Assembly: GCA_946476835.1 (NCBI GenBank)
Contig: CAMKWA010000009.1
Coordinates: 24,017-88,016 of the forward strand
Length of the DNA: 64,000 nucleotides
Source: an uncultured Neokomagataea sp.
Lineage (GTDB): Bacteria; Pseudomonadota; Alphaproteobacteria; Acetobacterales; Acetobacteraceae
Direction: 5' to 3'
Below are positions 1 to 9,177 of this stretch, piece by piece. The first letter of the stretch is position 1. Each line of letters begins with the position of its first letter. A program made the translations under genes and the position numbers. The notes beneath the pieces are model-generated. The model ran no database searches and was not told the DNA's origin. It was given only the letters and a program-made list of their open reading frames with translations.

Positions 1-202
1 AGCCAACCGTGCCGTAATTCATGCCGTACACAGACACATCACGCCCCATCACCGTATGGAGCGTTTCCAACATAAACCCATCACCACCAAGGCAGACAAC
101 GACCTCAGCATCCTCCAAAGAGGCATCACCATAACGCGCAACAAAACGGCCGAGCGCTTCCTGTGCAGGGGGAGCGCTAGACGCCCGAAAAGCAATTTTC
201 AT
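1..202 (-). CDS. nadK: NAD kinase, N-terminal part (gene runs off the window start)
   Basis: The reverse complement of 1..202 reads MKIAFRASSAPPAQEALGRFVARYGDASLEDAEVVVCLGGDGFMLETLHTVMG..., which carries the GGDG signature of NAD kinases. It is missing from the ORF track because it is truncated. Confidence 0.7.
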   Translation of the reverse strand, partial: MKIAFRASSAPPAQEALGRFVARYGDASLEDAEVVVCLGGDGFMLETLHTVMGRDVSVYGMNYGTVG

Positions 203-209
203 GATGGTA

Positions 210-1058
210 TCAGATCAACCGGCGATTTTCTTGCACCTGCATCCGCTGGCGGGTCTTTTCCACCAAAGACACATCCACCTCAGCAACGCCCCAACCGGGT
301 TCACTCCCTAATTTCAGCACCACATCCCCCCACGGGCTCACAATAATCGAATGCCCATAAGTCTGGCGCTGTGTCCCATCAGATTCCGTGTACCACCCCG
401 TCGTTCCGCACGCGACAACCCACGCCTGCATCTCAATCGCACGGGCCCGCAGAAGCACTTCCCAATGTGCCTCACCCGTTTGCTGCGTAAAGGCAGCAGG
501 AAGAAGAACCATTTTCACATCTGCCGCGCGCAACGCCAAAAAGAGTTCCGCAAAGCGCATATCATAACAAATGGCTAAACCCGTAGGGACACCCGCAATA
601 TCAACCGTCGTGACTTCGTCACCGGCAACGTACGTATCGCTCTCACGATACCCCTCACCATTCGGCGTGACGACATCAAAAAGATGAATTTTCCGGTACC
701 GCGCTGCTTCTTGCCCATTTGGTGCAAACACCAATGTCGTATTCGCAAGACGCGTATTGCCATCCTGCTCCACACGCTCACCGATAGAGCCACCATGCAC
801 CCAAACGCCGTGCTGCTGTGCCATCTCACGCAGAGCTTCATACAGCACACCACCAACCTCTCCGGCAGCGGGCAAAGGCTCAGATGCCGCCAATTTTGTA
901 TCGCGTACTCCGCCCAAACAGCTCCACACTTCTGGCAGAACCACAAGTTCAGCTTGCCCTTGTGTCACTGCTTCAGCAACCAAACGCTGCGCTTGAGCAA
1001 TATTCTCTGCCCGTTCCGTACCCGGCGTCATCTGGATCAGTGCGATACGCATCATCAT
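210..1058 (-). CDS. Carbon-nitrogen hydrolase family protein (nitrilase/amidase superfamily)
   Basis: MRIALIQM... N-terminus with VVLPEVW and ICYDMRF motifs (the Glu/Cys catalytic context of CN hydrolases). I placed the start at the ATG triplet at 1050-1058, because the longer ORF would overlap flhG. Confidence 0.75.
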   Translation of the reverse strand: MMMRIALIQMTPGTERAENIAQAQRLVAEAVTQGQAELVVLPEVWSCLGGVRDTKLAASEPLPAAGEVGGVLYEALREMAQQHGVWVHGGSIGERVEQDGNTRLANTTLVFAPNGQEAARYRKIHLFDVVTPNGEGYRESDTYVAGDEVTTVDIAGVPTGLAICYDMRFAELFLALRAADVKMVLLPAAFTQQTGEAHWEVLLRARAIEMQAWVVACGTTGWYTESDGTQRQTYGHSIIVSPWGDVVLKLGSEPGWGVAEVDVSLVEKTRQRMQVQENRRLI

Positions 1059-1098
1059 GCCCCTATGGGTGTTCAGTACCGCTACTGATACGCGATGC

Positions 1099-2013
1099 TC
1101 AGCCTGCGCGTAAATCCCGTCTTTCAGAAACACGATCCGTCGCCAAACCTTTCAGCAACGTATCCGTCAAACGGCTAATATCCACCGAGGATGGAGAAAG
1201 CCGATAATTCTCCACAACACTTTTTTGCTGCCGAATAGCACCCGGCACCCGGCTATCCTTCCGGATACACCCAGCCAGTTCAGGCTCCCACTTCAAAAAA
1301 GAACGGCATGCCATAAAGAGCTTTTCAAACGTCTTACGCCCACTACGATGGCTTGCAGCCTGATTAATCACCACTTGGCAGTCATCAACATTCCCACCCG
1401 CCGCACGCCGATCACGCGCATAAAGCTTCATCACGGCATAGACGTCGGCTAGTGCCGTAGGCTCTTCCGTGGTCACCGCGACTAACCGGTCCGCCACAGC
1501 GGATAAATGCCGCGTTACAACATCAATGCCCGCACATAAGTCCAAAACAATGACATCATAACGGCGCAGCAAACGCAGCGATAACAACAGCCGATCCGCA
1601 CTTCCCCGCTCCAAGCCTGCCCCAGCCGACAAACCGGACCGCCCCGGCAACACATCAAAACTCAGTGGCTTTTTATCCCGCGTCACCGCACCAGACTCAT
1701 AGGTTTGGATTGCATCGTCCAAACGGCACTTTCCAGAGAGAAGATCCACTAGGTCATAATGCGGCGCCAAACCAAGCTGTAAATCCACGTTGGCTAAGCT
1801 AAAATCACCATCCACAATCAAAACCCGGCGGCCAGCACGCGCTAACTCATGCGCGAGTGAAACCGACATCCACGTCTTACCCACCCCTCCCTTACCGGAT
1901 GCCACCGCAACAACCCGTGTGCGCTCCCCATCCGATAACGATGCACCACTTTCCATGCTCATGAGCGATAAAATTTTATCATTCTTAGCCCGCTGCATCA
2001 TTGCTTCGCTCAT
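1099..2013 (-). CDS. flhG: MinD/ParA-family ATPase FlhG (FleN), flagellar number regulator
   Basis: Deviant Walker A motif ASGKGGVGKT. It sits immediately downstream of flhF. The ATG at 2013 shares one nucleotide with the flhF stop codon (TAATG). Confidence 0.75.
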   Translation of the reverse strand: MSEAMMQRAKNDKILSLMSMESGASLSDGERTRVVAVASGKGGVGKTWMSVSLAHELARAGRRVLIVDGDFSLANVDLQLGLAPHYDLVDLLSGKCRLDDAIQTYESGAVTRDKKPLSFDVLPGRSGLSAGAGLERGSADRLLLSLRLLRRYDVIVLDLCAGIDVVTRHLSAVADRLVAVTTEEPTALADVYAVMKLYARDRRAAGGNVDDCQVVINQAASHRSGRKTFEKLFMACRSFLKWEPELAGCIRKDSRVPGAIRQQKSVVENYRLSPSSVDISRLTDTLLKGLATDRVSERRDLRAG

Positions 2014-3104
2014 TACACTCGCCCCTGTGCCAACATATGCCGCGCCAAAATTTCTGCACCTTTCGGCACGGCAGAACGCCCTGCCCATAAACCCTCTTGT
2101 CGTCCCATATGCGGTTGGGCCATGAGGCCCTCACGATTTTTCGACTTCATCGCATTCATCTTTCGCCCGGCGGCCGGTGCACGCCTTTGCATATCCAACA
2201 ACACATCTCGTAAAATTTTAGGCGTTACTGTGCGCAAACCATCAATGACCCCACGCCCGGAACTCACTTCCGCCATGGGTATGCCCAGCAAAGACGCTTG
2301 CACGATATCCCCCATGCGCCGCGTACAATCTGTTTTTGACACGATCAGGTTGCTAGCCCCTATACGCTGGAACGCGGCCAACGTGTCACACGTCTCATCC
2401 ACATGCCCCCCAGCAGGATGCACAACCGCCAAATCAGCATGAACGGCCTTTTTAATCTGCACCAACCGGCTCATCAGCGCCGCATCCCAAGGCGATACAC
2501 CAAACGTATCCACCAGCATCATACGCCGCTGCCCCTCACGCGCATGAAGAGCCTTTAGTGCGTCTGGCGTCTCAACAGCACGCAGTTCCACCCCCAAAAT
2601 ATCCATACAGGCCGATAACTGCTCAAAAGCACCAGAGCGCTCCGTATCCATCGTAACCACAAGAGGGTCACGACCGGCCAGCACCATACGCGTAGCCAAG
2701 CGTGTGACTGCGAGTGTCTTACCGCTACCCGGCACACCACAAACCACCAAAGGCGGTGCACCCCGTGCCAGATCCAAAGCCCCCATACGGACCTGATGAC
2801 CAAAGACTATCACTTCCTGCTCAGGACTTTCTGCCGAGTCAAAACCCGGTATGACAAACCCATGCCATTCTTGAAGTGATGAAGCCGTAACGGCATCATC
2901 GTCAGCATAAAATGGCTGCGCTTCTCGTGAAGTAGAACGTAATGCAGCAGGCTCATCCTCCCCATCATCACGCGCGACCGTCACCTCGACCCCGCCACCC
3001 CGTAAAGAGCGTGTTCCCAGGATCAAAGCATCCTCACCAAACTCACGCCGCACAACGGACATGGCAGCTGGCATAGATGCTTCTCGTATAAGTTTTACGC
3101 GCAC
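2013..3104 (-). CDS. flhF: Flagellar biosynthesis GTPase FlhF (SRP-type)
   Basis: P-loop motif GVPGSGKT and an SRP-like GTPase layout, positioned between flhA and flhG. Confidence 0.8.
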   Translation of the reverse strand: MRVKLIREASMPAAMSVVRREFGEDALILGTRSLRGGGVEVTVARDDGEDEPAALRSTSREAQPFYADDDAVTASSLQEWHGFVIPGFDSAESPEQEVIVFGHQVRMGALDLARGAPPLVVCGVPGSGKTLAVTRLATRMVLAGRDPLVVTMDTERSGAFEQLSACMDILGVELRAVETPDALKALHAREGQRRMMLVDTFGVSPWDAALMSRLVQIKKAVHADLAVVHPAGGHVDETCDTLAAFQRIGASNLIVSKTDCTRRMGDIVQASLLGIPMAEVSSGRGVIDGLRTVTPKILRDVLLDMQRRAPAAGRKMNAMKSKNREGLMAQPHMGRQEGLWAGRSAVPKGAEILARHMLAQGRV

Positions 3105-3129
3105 AACGCCTCCTGCTGTCCGTCACGCA

Positions 3130-5307
3130 TCACGACACAACCCCAACCGTGCGAATTTTCGCTCGGCTCGAAATCTCAGATTGGGACAGCACCATCGTGG
3201 CTGGCCGTATCCGCTCAATCACCATCCGCAAAGGACGCCGAAAGCCACCCGCCACCAACAAAACTGGATTCTCCCCTTGCCCTAGAGCCGTTTCCAAAGC
3301 TTGGCGCAACTTCATGACCAGTTCGTTAAGAGCCGTTGGGGGTAGAGCCAGTTGGCGGTCATCCGCAGGGCCAGCCATATTTTCAGAAAGACGAATCTCC
3401 CAATCTGGGCTCAACGTCACCACAGGAATATACCCCTGCGGCCCGGCTACGGCGGCGCTAATCTGCCGAGCAAGGCGCATACGTGTGTGCGCTGTTAAAG
3501 CCGGCACCGTTTTCAGCCCCAAGCCACACCCTTCTTGTAAGGCCTCCAAAATGCCTGCCAAATCACGAATAGAAATCCGTTCAGCCAAAAGGCTCTGCAA
3601 AACACGCTGAATAACGCTCACAGACACTTGGGACGGCACCAAATCTACAACCAGCTTTTGCTGCTCACGCGGTAGTTCATCGAGTAACTTCTGTGTCTCA
3701 GTATAAGAGAGCAGCTCCGACATATTCTCACGCACCAACTCCGTTAAGTGCGTGATCATGACACTGGCCGGATCAACCACCGTGTACCCACGTATCAGCG
3801 CATCTTCTCTCTGCCCCTGATCAATCCAACGTGCCGCCAAGCCAAAAGCTGGTTCTTGTGTATCTTCACCGACCAAATCCGGCACACCACCCTTCGGGTC
3901 CATGGCCAATAAGTGATGAACTTTCAGACCTCCTTGCCCGACGGAAATTTCTTTGATTTTGACACAATAAACATCCGCATCGAGCTGCAAATTATCCTGT
4001 ATCCGCACAGGCGGCAGTACAAACCCCATCTCCGCAGCAATCGTACGGCGCAGCACCTTAATCTGTTCCGTCAAACGAGCATTTTCTCCACCCGCTATGG
4101 AGAGCAGATTAAACCCCAATTCCAATTTCAACAGATCAACACGCAATGTTTCCGAAATCGGTGTTTCTGTATTTTGCGCTGTATCCGGGGTCAGAGGCGC
4201 ATCTTCACCATCCTCTGCCTCTAATAAAGGAGAACGAAAACGCCACCATGCCCCCCCGCCAGCCAAAGCTGCCAAAGCCAGAAACGGCAACGCCGGCAAC
4301 CCCGGCATCAAAGCCAACACCAAAGCAGAACCAGCCGCCAGCGCCATAGGCTTGGGATTACCGCCCAATTGCCGCACCAACGTCACATCTGCAGCACCTT
4401 CGGTACCGCCTTTCGTCACGACAATGCCAGACGCTGTTGAAACCAAAAGAGCCGGAATTTGAGAGACGAGACCATCACCAATGGTCAATGTTGTGAAGGC
4501 TGATGTCGCATCCAGCACAGACATTGAATGACGACCAACACCAATCGCCAAGCCACCGACAATATTAATCGCCGTAATAATCAAACTCGCGATAGCATCA
4601 CCGCGCACGAACTTCGCCGCACCATCCATGGCGCCGTAAAAGCCGCTGAGTTCTTCTAATTCACCACGCCGTTTCCGAGCGACTTTATCGCTGATCGCTC
4701 CTGACGACAGTTCCGCATCAATCGCCATTTGCTTGCCCGGCATTGCATCCAGCGTAAACCGCGCAGCCACTTCTGCAATACGCCCCGACCCTTTGGTAAT
4801 GACCATAAAATTCACCACCAAAAGAATGGTGAACAAAATAGCCCCAATGAGAACGTCTCCCCCCATCAAAAAACCACCAAAAGCCGCGACAACATGCCCC
4901 GCAGCATAGGTGCCTTCATAACCATGGCTAAGGATAAGACGGGTCGTCGCGACTTCCAGCGATAAACGCAGCAATGTTGTGAGCAAAAGTAATGTCGGGA
5001 AGGACGTAAAATCTAACGGACGCTGCAAAAACAACGCAACCATCAACACCAGAACCGATGCCGTTACCGACAAGGCTAAGCCGACATCCAAAATAAACGT
5101 CGGCAACGGCAATACCAGTACAGATAAAAGAGCGGCAACGGCCAGTGCCAAGCCAACATCTGTTCCGGGAACAAACTGTGTTCCCCTTTTCATCCACCCC
5201 GGCACAGGCAAGTTGGGCATAACTGCGCCCAATGATGGCAAACGCGCAAGCATTGACGGCTTTACACTACTGTCACTCATCAACTGCCTCCCACGCACAT
5301 GCACCAC
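3130..5307 (-). CDS. flhA: Flagellar type III export gate protein FlhA
   Basis: An N-terminal membrane domain (FLQRPLDFTSFPTLLLLTTLLRLSLEVATTRLIL) followed by a large cytoplasmic domain. The start could instead be the ATG at 5280. Confidence 0.9.
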   Translation of the reverse strand: MVHVRGRQLMSDSSVKPSMLARLPSLGAVMPNLPVPGWMKRGTQFVPGTDVGLALAVAALLSVLVLPLPTFILDVGLALSVTASVLVLMVALFLQRPLDFTSFPTLLLLTTLLRLSLEVATTRLILSHGYEGTYAAGHVVAAFGGFLMGGDVLIGAILFTILLVVNFMVITKGSGRIAEVAARFTLDAMPGKQMAIDAELSSGAISDKVARKRRGELEELSGFYGAMDGAAKFVRGDAIASLIITAINIVGGLAIGVGRHSMSVLDATSAFTTLTIGDGLVSQIPALLVSTASGIVVTKGGTEGAADVTLVRQLGGNPKPMALAAGSALVLALMPGLPALPFLALAALAGGGAWWRFRSPLLEAEDGEDAPLTPDTAQNTETPISETLRVDLLKLELGFNLLSIAGGENARLTEQIKVLRRTIAAEMGFVLPPVRIQDNLQLDADVYCVKIKEISVGQGGLKVHHLLAMDPKGGVPDLVGEDTQEPAFGLAARWIDQGQREDALIRGYTVVDPASVMITHLTELVRENMSELLSYTETQKLLDELPREQQKLVVDLVPSQVSVSVIQRVLQSLLAERISIRDLAGILEALQEGCGLGLKTVPALTAHTRMRLARQISAAVAGPQGYIPVVTLSPDWEIRLSENMAGPADDRQLALPPTALNELVMKLRQALETALGQGENPVLLVAGGFRRPLRMVIERIRPATMVLSQSEISSRAKIRTVGVVS

Positions 5308-5358
5308 TGCACCTGCCGGACGACAATCCCATCAATACTTTAATATATGGTTAAAACC

Positions 5359-5691
5359 TTAAAGTTTCGATTTTTCAGATTTCACAATTTCTGTCATCGT
5401 TACCCCCAAACGGGACTCATCCACCATCACCACTTCCCCGCGTGCAATCAAACGATTATTCACCATAATATCAATGGGATCCCCAATTTTCCGATCCAAC
5501 TCCACCACAGCACCACGCCCTAAGCGCAAAAGCTGACTGACCTGCATAGACGTGCGCCCCAAAACCGCACTGACCGTGACCGGCACGTCATAAATAGCTT
5601 CTAAATCATGCGCAAAACGTGGTGCTTCTGCTGCTGCATTCGCTGCACTTTCTTCCTGCTTTTCCATATGCATATTCAACGTATCCATCAT
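5359..5691 (-). CDS. fliN: Flagellar motor switch protein FliN
   Basis: C-terminal SpoA-type motif LLRLGRGAVVELDRKIGDPIDIMVNNRLIARGEVV. Confidence 0.85.
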   Translation of the reverse strand: MMDTLNMHMEKQEESAANAAAEAPRFAHDLEAIYDVPVTVSAVLGRTSMQVSQLLRLGRGAVVELDRKIGDPIDIMVNNRLIARGEVVMVDESRLGVTMTEIVKSEKSKL

Positions 5692-5692
5692 A

Positions 5693-6328
5693 TTATTCCT
5701 TTTCTGTTTTCGAACGATTATTCAAAATGCGCTGCAACGCTTGGTATACCCCTTGGGCATCCCGCACGGCTTCCCCGCCCTGCCATGAGACTTTAAAATC
5801 CCCTGAAGCAAGCGCATCACTTTCGGTACATTTCAAAAATTCAATACCCTGCCGCTCACATAATTTTTGCAAAAGAGTCCCCTCTCCTGCGGGCATTAAA
5901 CATTCTACATTAGAAACATTTTTCAGGAGAGGAAGCAGCGTCTCCATCACCAATCCGCGCTCCTCTACCCCATATTCTGCAAGCAATGCCGGAAATAAAC
6001 GTGCTGTCATTTCAACCAAAGTCAAAGCAGCTTGCCCAGCAGCACCCGAGAGATGCTCATGCACTTCCGCCTGAATAGAAGCGATGCATGCATTTAAAGA
6101 ACGCTCAAAAGCACAACGCTGCAACTCATGCTCAGCCGCAGCATGTTCACGCCCAAAACGCACACCCTCTTCAAAGCCTTCCTGACGAGCCGCAGCATAT
6201 TCAGCTTCTGTAAAATGCTTAACCGGAGGTTCTTCCACCTCGGCGGAGGCCTGCACATCTTCATCCATGGCAGCCATTGGCGGATCAAAATCTTCCAAAA
6301 ACAATGATATATGTGCTGGCGAAATCAT
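5693..6328 (-). CDS. fliH: FliH-like flagellar assembly protein
   Basis: Acidic 211-aa protein located between fliG and fliN, with a 4-nt ATGA overlap with the fliG stop. The call is mainly positional. Confidence 0.5.
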   Translation of the reverse strand: MISPAHISLFLEDFDPPMAAMDEDVQASAEVEEPPVKHFTEAEYAAARQEGFEEGVRFGREHAAAEHELQRCAFERSLNACIASIQAEVHEHLSGAAGQAALTLVEMTARLFPALLAEYGVEERGLVMETLLPLLKNVSNVECLMPAGEGTLLQKLCERQGIEFLKCTESDALASGDFKVSWQGGEAVRDAQGVYQALQRILNNRSKTEKE

Positions 6329-7341
6329 ATCATTTCATTTTCGATATCTTGTTGATCCATCACTTCAATTTCACCACGATCCAGCAGCGCTTTCGCTACA
6401 ATCATGACTTCATTCTGTGCGGCATCCACATCCTTAATCCGCATTGGCCCCAGCGCCTCTATTTCATCGCGCAGGATACGCGCAGATCGTTCAGACATCG
6501 TTTTAAAAAATGCGTTTTTAAGCCCTTCACTTGCCCCTTTCAGAGCAACCGGAATATGTTCACGCGGCACAGCATTATACAGCGTGACCAACCCATCTGT
6601 TGGAATGTTCACCAGCTCTTCAAACGTAAACATCAGCCCTCGTACACAATCCGCATCTTCTGGGCTGTGCTCTTCCAAGGCCCCCATAAAGCGTCCCTCC
6701 AGACGCCGATCAAAATTATTAAAGATGTCTGCCAAAACCTCATGACTGTTCCTATGCGAGCCACGCGGCAAATTCGCGACGAACTCAGAGCGCAGTGTTT
6801 TTTCAACACTTTGCAGAACGCCTTTCTGTACGTTCTCTAACTTCAACATCCGCGTCATAACATCCAGAGCAAAATCTTCCGGTAAGAGCGCAAGAACTTT
6901 CGCTGAATGTGCGGCTTGAATACGGCTTAAAACCACAGCTACTGTTTGCGGGTATTCGTTCCGCAAATAATTTGCGAGCACAACTTCAGAGATATTGCCC
7001 AATTTATCCCACATAGTGCGCCCGGCCGGACCACGGATCTCTTCCATAATTGAAACAGCGCGCCCCGCAGGGAGTGCCCTCTTCAACAAACGCTCCGTCG
7101 TTTCCAAATCCCCTACAAGCGTTTCGGCGGAGCCCAAGCCTTCACTAAACTCACTACACACACGCTCTACAGCATCCGCAGAAACAATACCCAATTGAGA
7201 CATTGCTGCTGACACTTCTCGAATTTCTTCTTCATGCATCTGTTCAAAGAGACGGGCACATTTCTCTTCACCGAGTGTCATCATCAACACGGCGGCTTTT
7301 TGTGCTCCACTCAGCGTGCGTTCAACAGCCATTCTCTTCAA
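6325..7341 (-). CDS. fliG: Flagellar motor switch protein FliG
   Basis: Typical FliG N-terminus (GAQKAAVLMMTLGEE...) at the expected length. Its start overlaps the fliF stop by 4 nt. Confidence 0.9.
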   Translation of the reverse strand: MKRMAVERTLSGAQKAAVLMMTLGEEKCARLFEQMHEEEIREVSAAMSQLGIVSADAVERVCSEFSEGLGSAETLVGDLETTERLLKRALPAGRAVSIMEEIRGPAGRTMWDKLGNISEVVLANYLRNEYPQTVAVVLSRIQAAHSAKVLALLPEDFALDVMTRMLKLENVQKGVLQSVEKTLRSEFVANLPRGSHRNSHEVLADIFNNFDRRLEGRFMGALEEHSPEDADCVRGLMFTFEELVNIPTDGLVTLYNAVPREHIPVALKGASEGLKNAFFKTMSERSARILRDEIEALGPMRIKDVDAAQNEVMIVAKALLDRGEIEVMDQQDIENEMI

Positions 7342-8966
7342 GCCTTCTCATGCTGTGGCAGCAACCAATTGCGCATCAAAGCAATACTTTCTGTTGGATT
7401 ACTTTCTACCAATTCACTGACCCGCTGAATGGAAGAGGCTTTGATCTGCCCCGTCACCCCATCCATCGCCACCATTTCCTCGGCCGACTGTTGCGGCGCC
7501 GCAGTTGGTAAAGCAGCTTGCGCCCCTTCAGAAACTGGCAACCTAAACCCCGCCTCAGAACGATTTTCTAATGCCGTAGCGCTCAGTGTCTCCTTCTGCA
7601 CCGGGCGCAGTAATGGCCGCACCACAAAGAATAGAACCAGCACCAAACACACCGCAAAAATTCCAAAACGTGCTAACTCCATCATCCCCGCATGCCCCAT
7701 AAAACGCGCGATAAAGCCCGTATTTTCTGGAGCCGAGGGCGCTTCAAGATTGGCAAATTGCATCGACATAACGGTCACCACATCACCGCGTGTTTCATCG
7801 AAACCAATGGCACTTTTGGTCAGAGCCGTCAGGCGGTTCAGTTCTTCAGTTGAGCGCGGCACCCACGTTACCTGCCCTTTATTGTCTTTAGCCGTCACAC
7901 CATCGACCATGACCGCCACACTCAAGCGCGACAGGCGCGGTTCATCCTGCACCAAGGTTCTTACCTTATGACCAATCTCATAATTATTGGTCTGCTCTTG
8001 CCGCGTGCTTTGCGTTCCCGTCTCTGACTGAGTGGAGCCAGCATTCGGTAAATTATTCCCAACACTCGTATTCGATGTGCCCTGATTATTACTGTTTTTC
8101 TCACTGCGTGTTTGCTGTGAGCGCAACACTTGCTCATCAGGGTCATAGCTTTCTTGCGTTTCATGCACGCGATCACTGTTCATCTGAACAGTCGTTTCGG
8201 CGCGCACATGCCCCATACCTAATGACGCCCCCAGCATATCTTCCACGGCCCGGGACACGCGTTGCTCCAACGCCTGTTTTTGTGCTTCTGGCGTATCCCC
8301 GCCCTGAGCACTCCCCACACCTTGCTTCAACAAAACATGCCCACGATTATCGATCAGGGAAATATTCCGCGTTTCCAAACCCGGAACCGCAGACGAAACC
8401 AGATTGACCACCGCATTCACACTCTCATCATCAAGGCGTCGTGCACCGTCCATCGACAACAGAATACTCGCCTGCGCCCCCTGCTCATCGGTGGAAAACA
8501 TCTCACGATGCCGCAAAACTAAATGCACACGGGCACCATGCACGCCATGAATCAACCGGATAGAACGCTCCAATTCCCCTTCCAAAGCGCGGGTCTCATT
8601 AATCGTCTGCTCAAACTGGGTTGCTGTGAAATTATTACCTTTATCGAAAATTTCGTACCCGACAGATCCGCCGGACGGCAGTCCACTGCGCGCCAGCAAT
8701 AACCGAGCCGAGGCCACCTGTTCTTGCGGAACGAAAATAGCACCACCCTGATCTTCTAGACGGTAGGTAATATGCGCTTTGGAAAGTTGCTCAACGATTT
8801 CACCCGCTTCGCGCGGGTCCAAATCTCGGTACAGCAGACCATCAGCAGATGTCCCACCATGCATAACCAGAACACCCAAAAGCACCATTAACGCCACTCC
8901 CACGCCACCTAACGCGGCAAGACGCGGCAACCCTAATTGGCGCAAATTTGTCAGAAGAGCGTTCAT
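7338..8966 (-). CDS. fliF: Flagellar M-ring protein FliF
   Basis: 542 aa with an N-terminal TM segment, a YscJ/FliF periplasmic region, a second TM segment near the C-terminus, and a position directly upstream of fliG. Confidence 0.9.
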   Translation of the reverse strand: MNALLTNLRQLGLPRLAALGGVGVALMVLLGVLVMHGGTSADGLLYRDLDPREAGEIVEQLSKAHITYRLEDQGGAIFVPQEQVASARLLLARSGLPSGGSVGYEIFDKGNNFTATQFEQTINETRALEGELERSIRLIHGVHGARVHLVLRHREMFSTDEQGAQASILLSMDGARRLDDESVNAVVNLVSSAVPGLETRNISLIDNRGHVLLKQGVGSAQGGDTPEAQKQALEQRVSRAVEDMLGASLGMGHVRAETTVQMNSDRVHETQESYDPDEQVLRSQQTRSEKNSNNQGTSNTSVGNNLPNAGSTQSETGTQSTRQEQTNNYEIGHKVRTLVQDEPRLSRLSVAVMVDGVTAKDNKGQVTWVPRSTEELNRLTALTKSAIGFDETRGDVVTVMSMQFANLEAPSAPENTGFIARFMGHAGMMELARFGIFAVCLVLVLFFVVRPLLRPVQKETLSATALENRSEAGFRLPVSEGAQAALPTAAPQQSAEEMVAMDGVTGQIKASSIQRVSELVESNPTESIALMRNWLLPQHEKA

Positions 8967-9089
8967 ACGTCAGAGCACCCTGCACACTGACGGGCCGTAT
9001 GCCGATCAATCCCTTTCTGCTCTAACCGCATACACATGGTGGTAACCTTCAGCGTGCCATTCGTCCTAGCCTCACTGTGCACGCGAAAG

Positions 9090-9105
9090 GTAAACAGACG
9101 CTTAA
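9090..9105 (-). promoter_or_regulatory. CtrA-box-like element upstream of fliF
   Basis: The minus strand reads TTAAGCGTCTGTTTAC, i.e. TTAA-N7-TTTAC against the CtrA consensus TTAA-N7-TTAAC. It lies about 125-140 nt upstream of the fliF start. Confidence 0.3.
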
Positions 9106-9112
9106 TTGAAGC

Positions 9113-9145
9113 ATAAAAAAAACCCGGACAAAGCCGGGTTTTTCT
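9113..9145 (-). terminator. Rho-independent terminator downstream of asd
   Basis: Hairpin aacccgg/ccgggtt with a 6-nt loop. It is followed on the minus strand by a long T run (an A run on the plus strand). Confidence 0.75.
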
Positions 9146-9177
9146 TTCACTTATAACACACAATACCTGAGGGTGTT

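Noticed and set aside
56-346. 96-aa plus-strand ORF at the window start.
   Set aside because: The opposite strand encodes a clear NAD kinase N-terminus (1..202) and the 3' end of the CN hydrolase. The plus-strand translation has no features.
9020-9060. Sigma54-like TGGCAC element upstream of fliF (minus strand, GAATGGCACGCTGAAGGTTACC).
   Set aside because: The -24 GG is present, but the -12 position reads GT rather than the conserved GC at the required spacing. I do not consider it a credible RpoN promoter on sequence alone.
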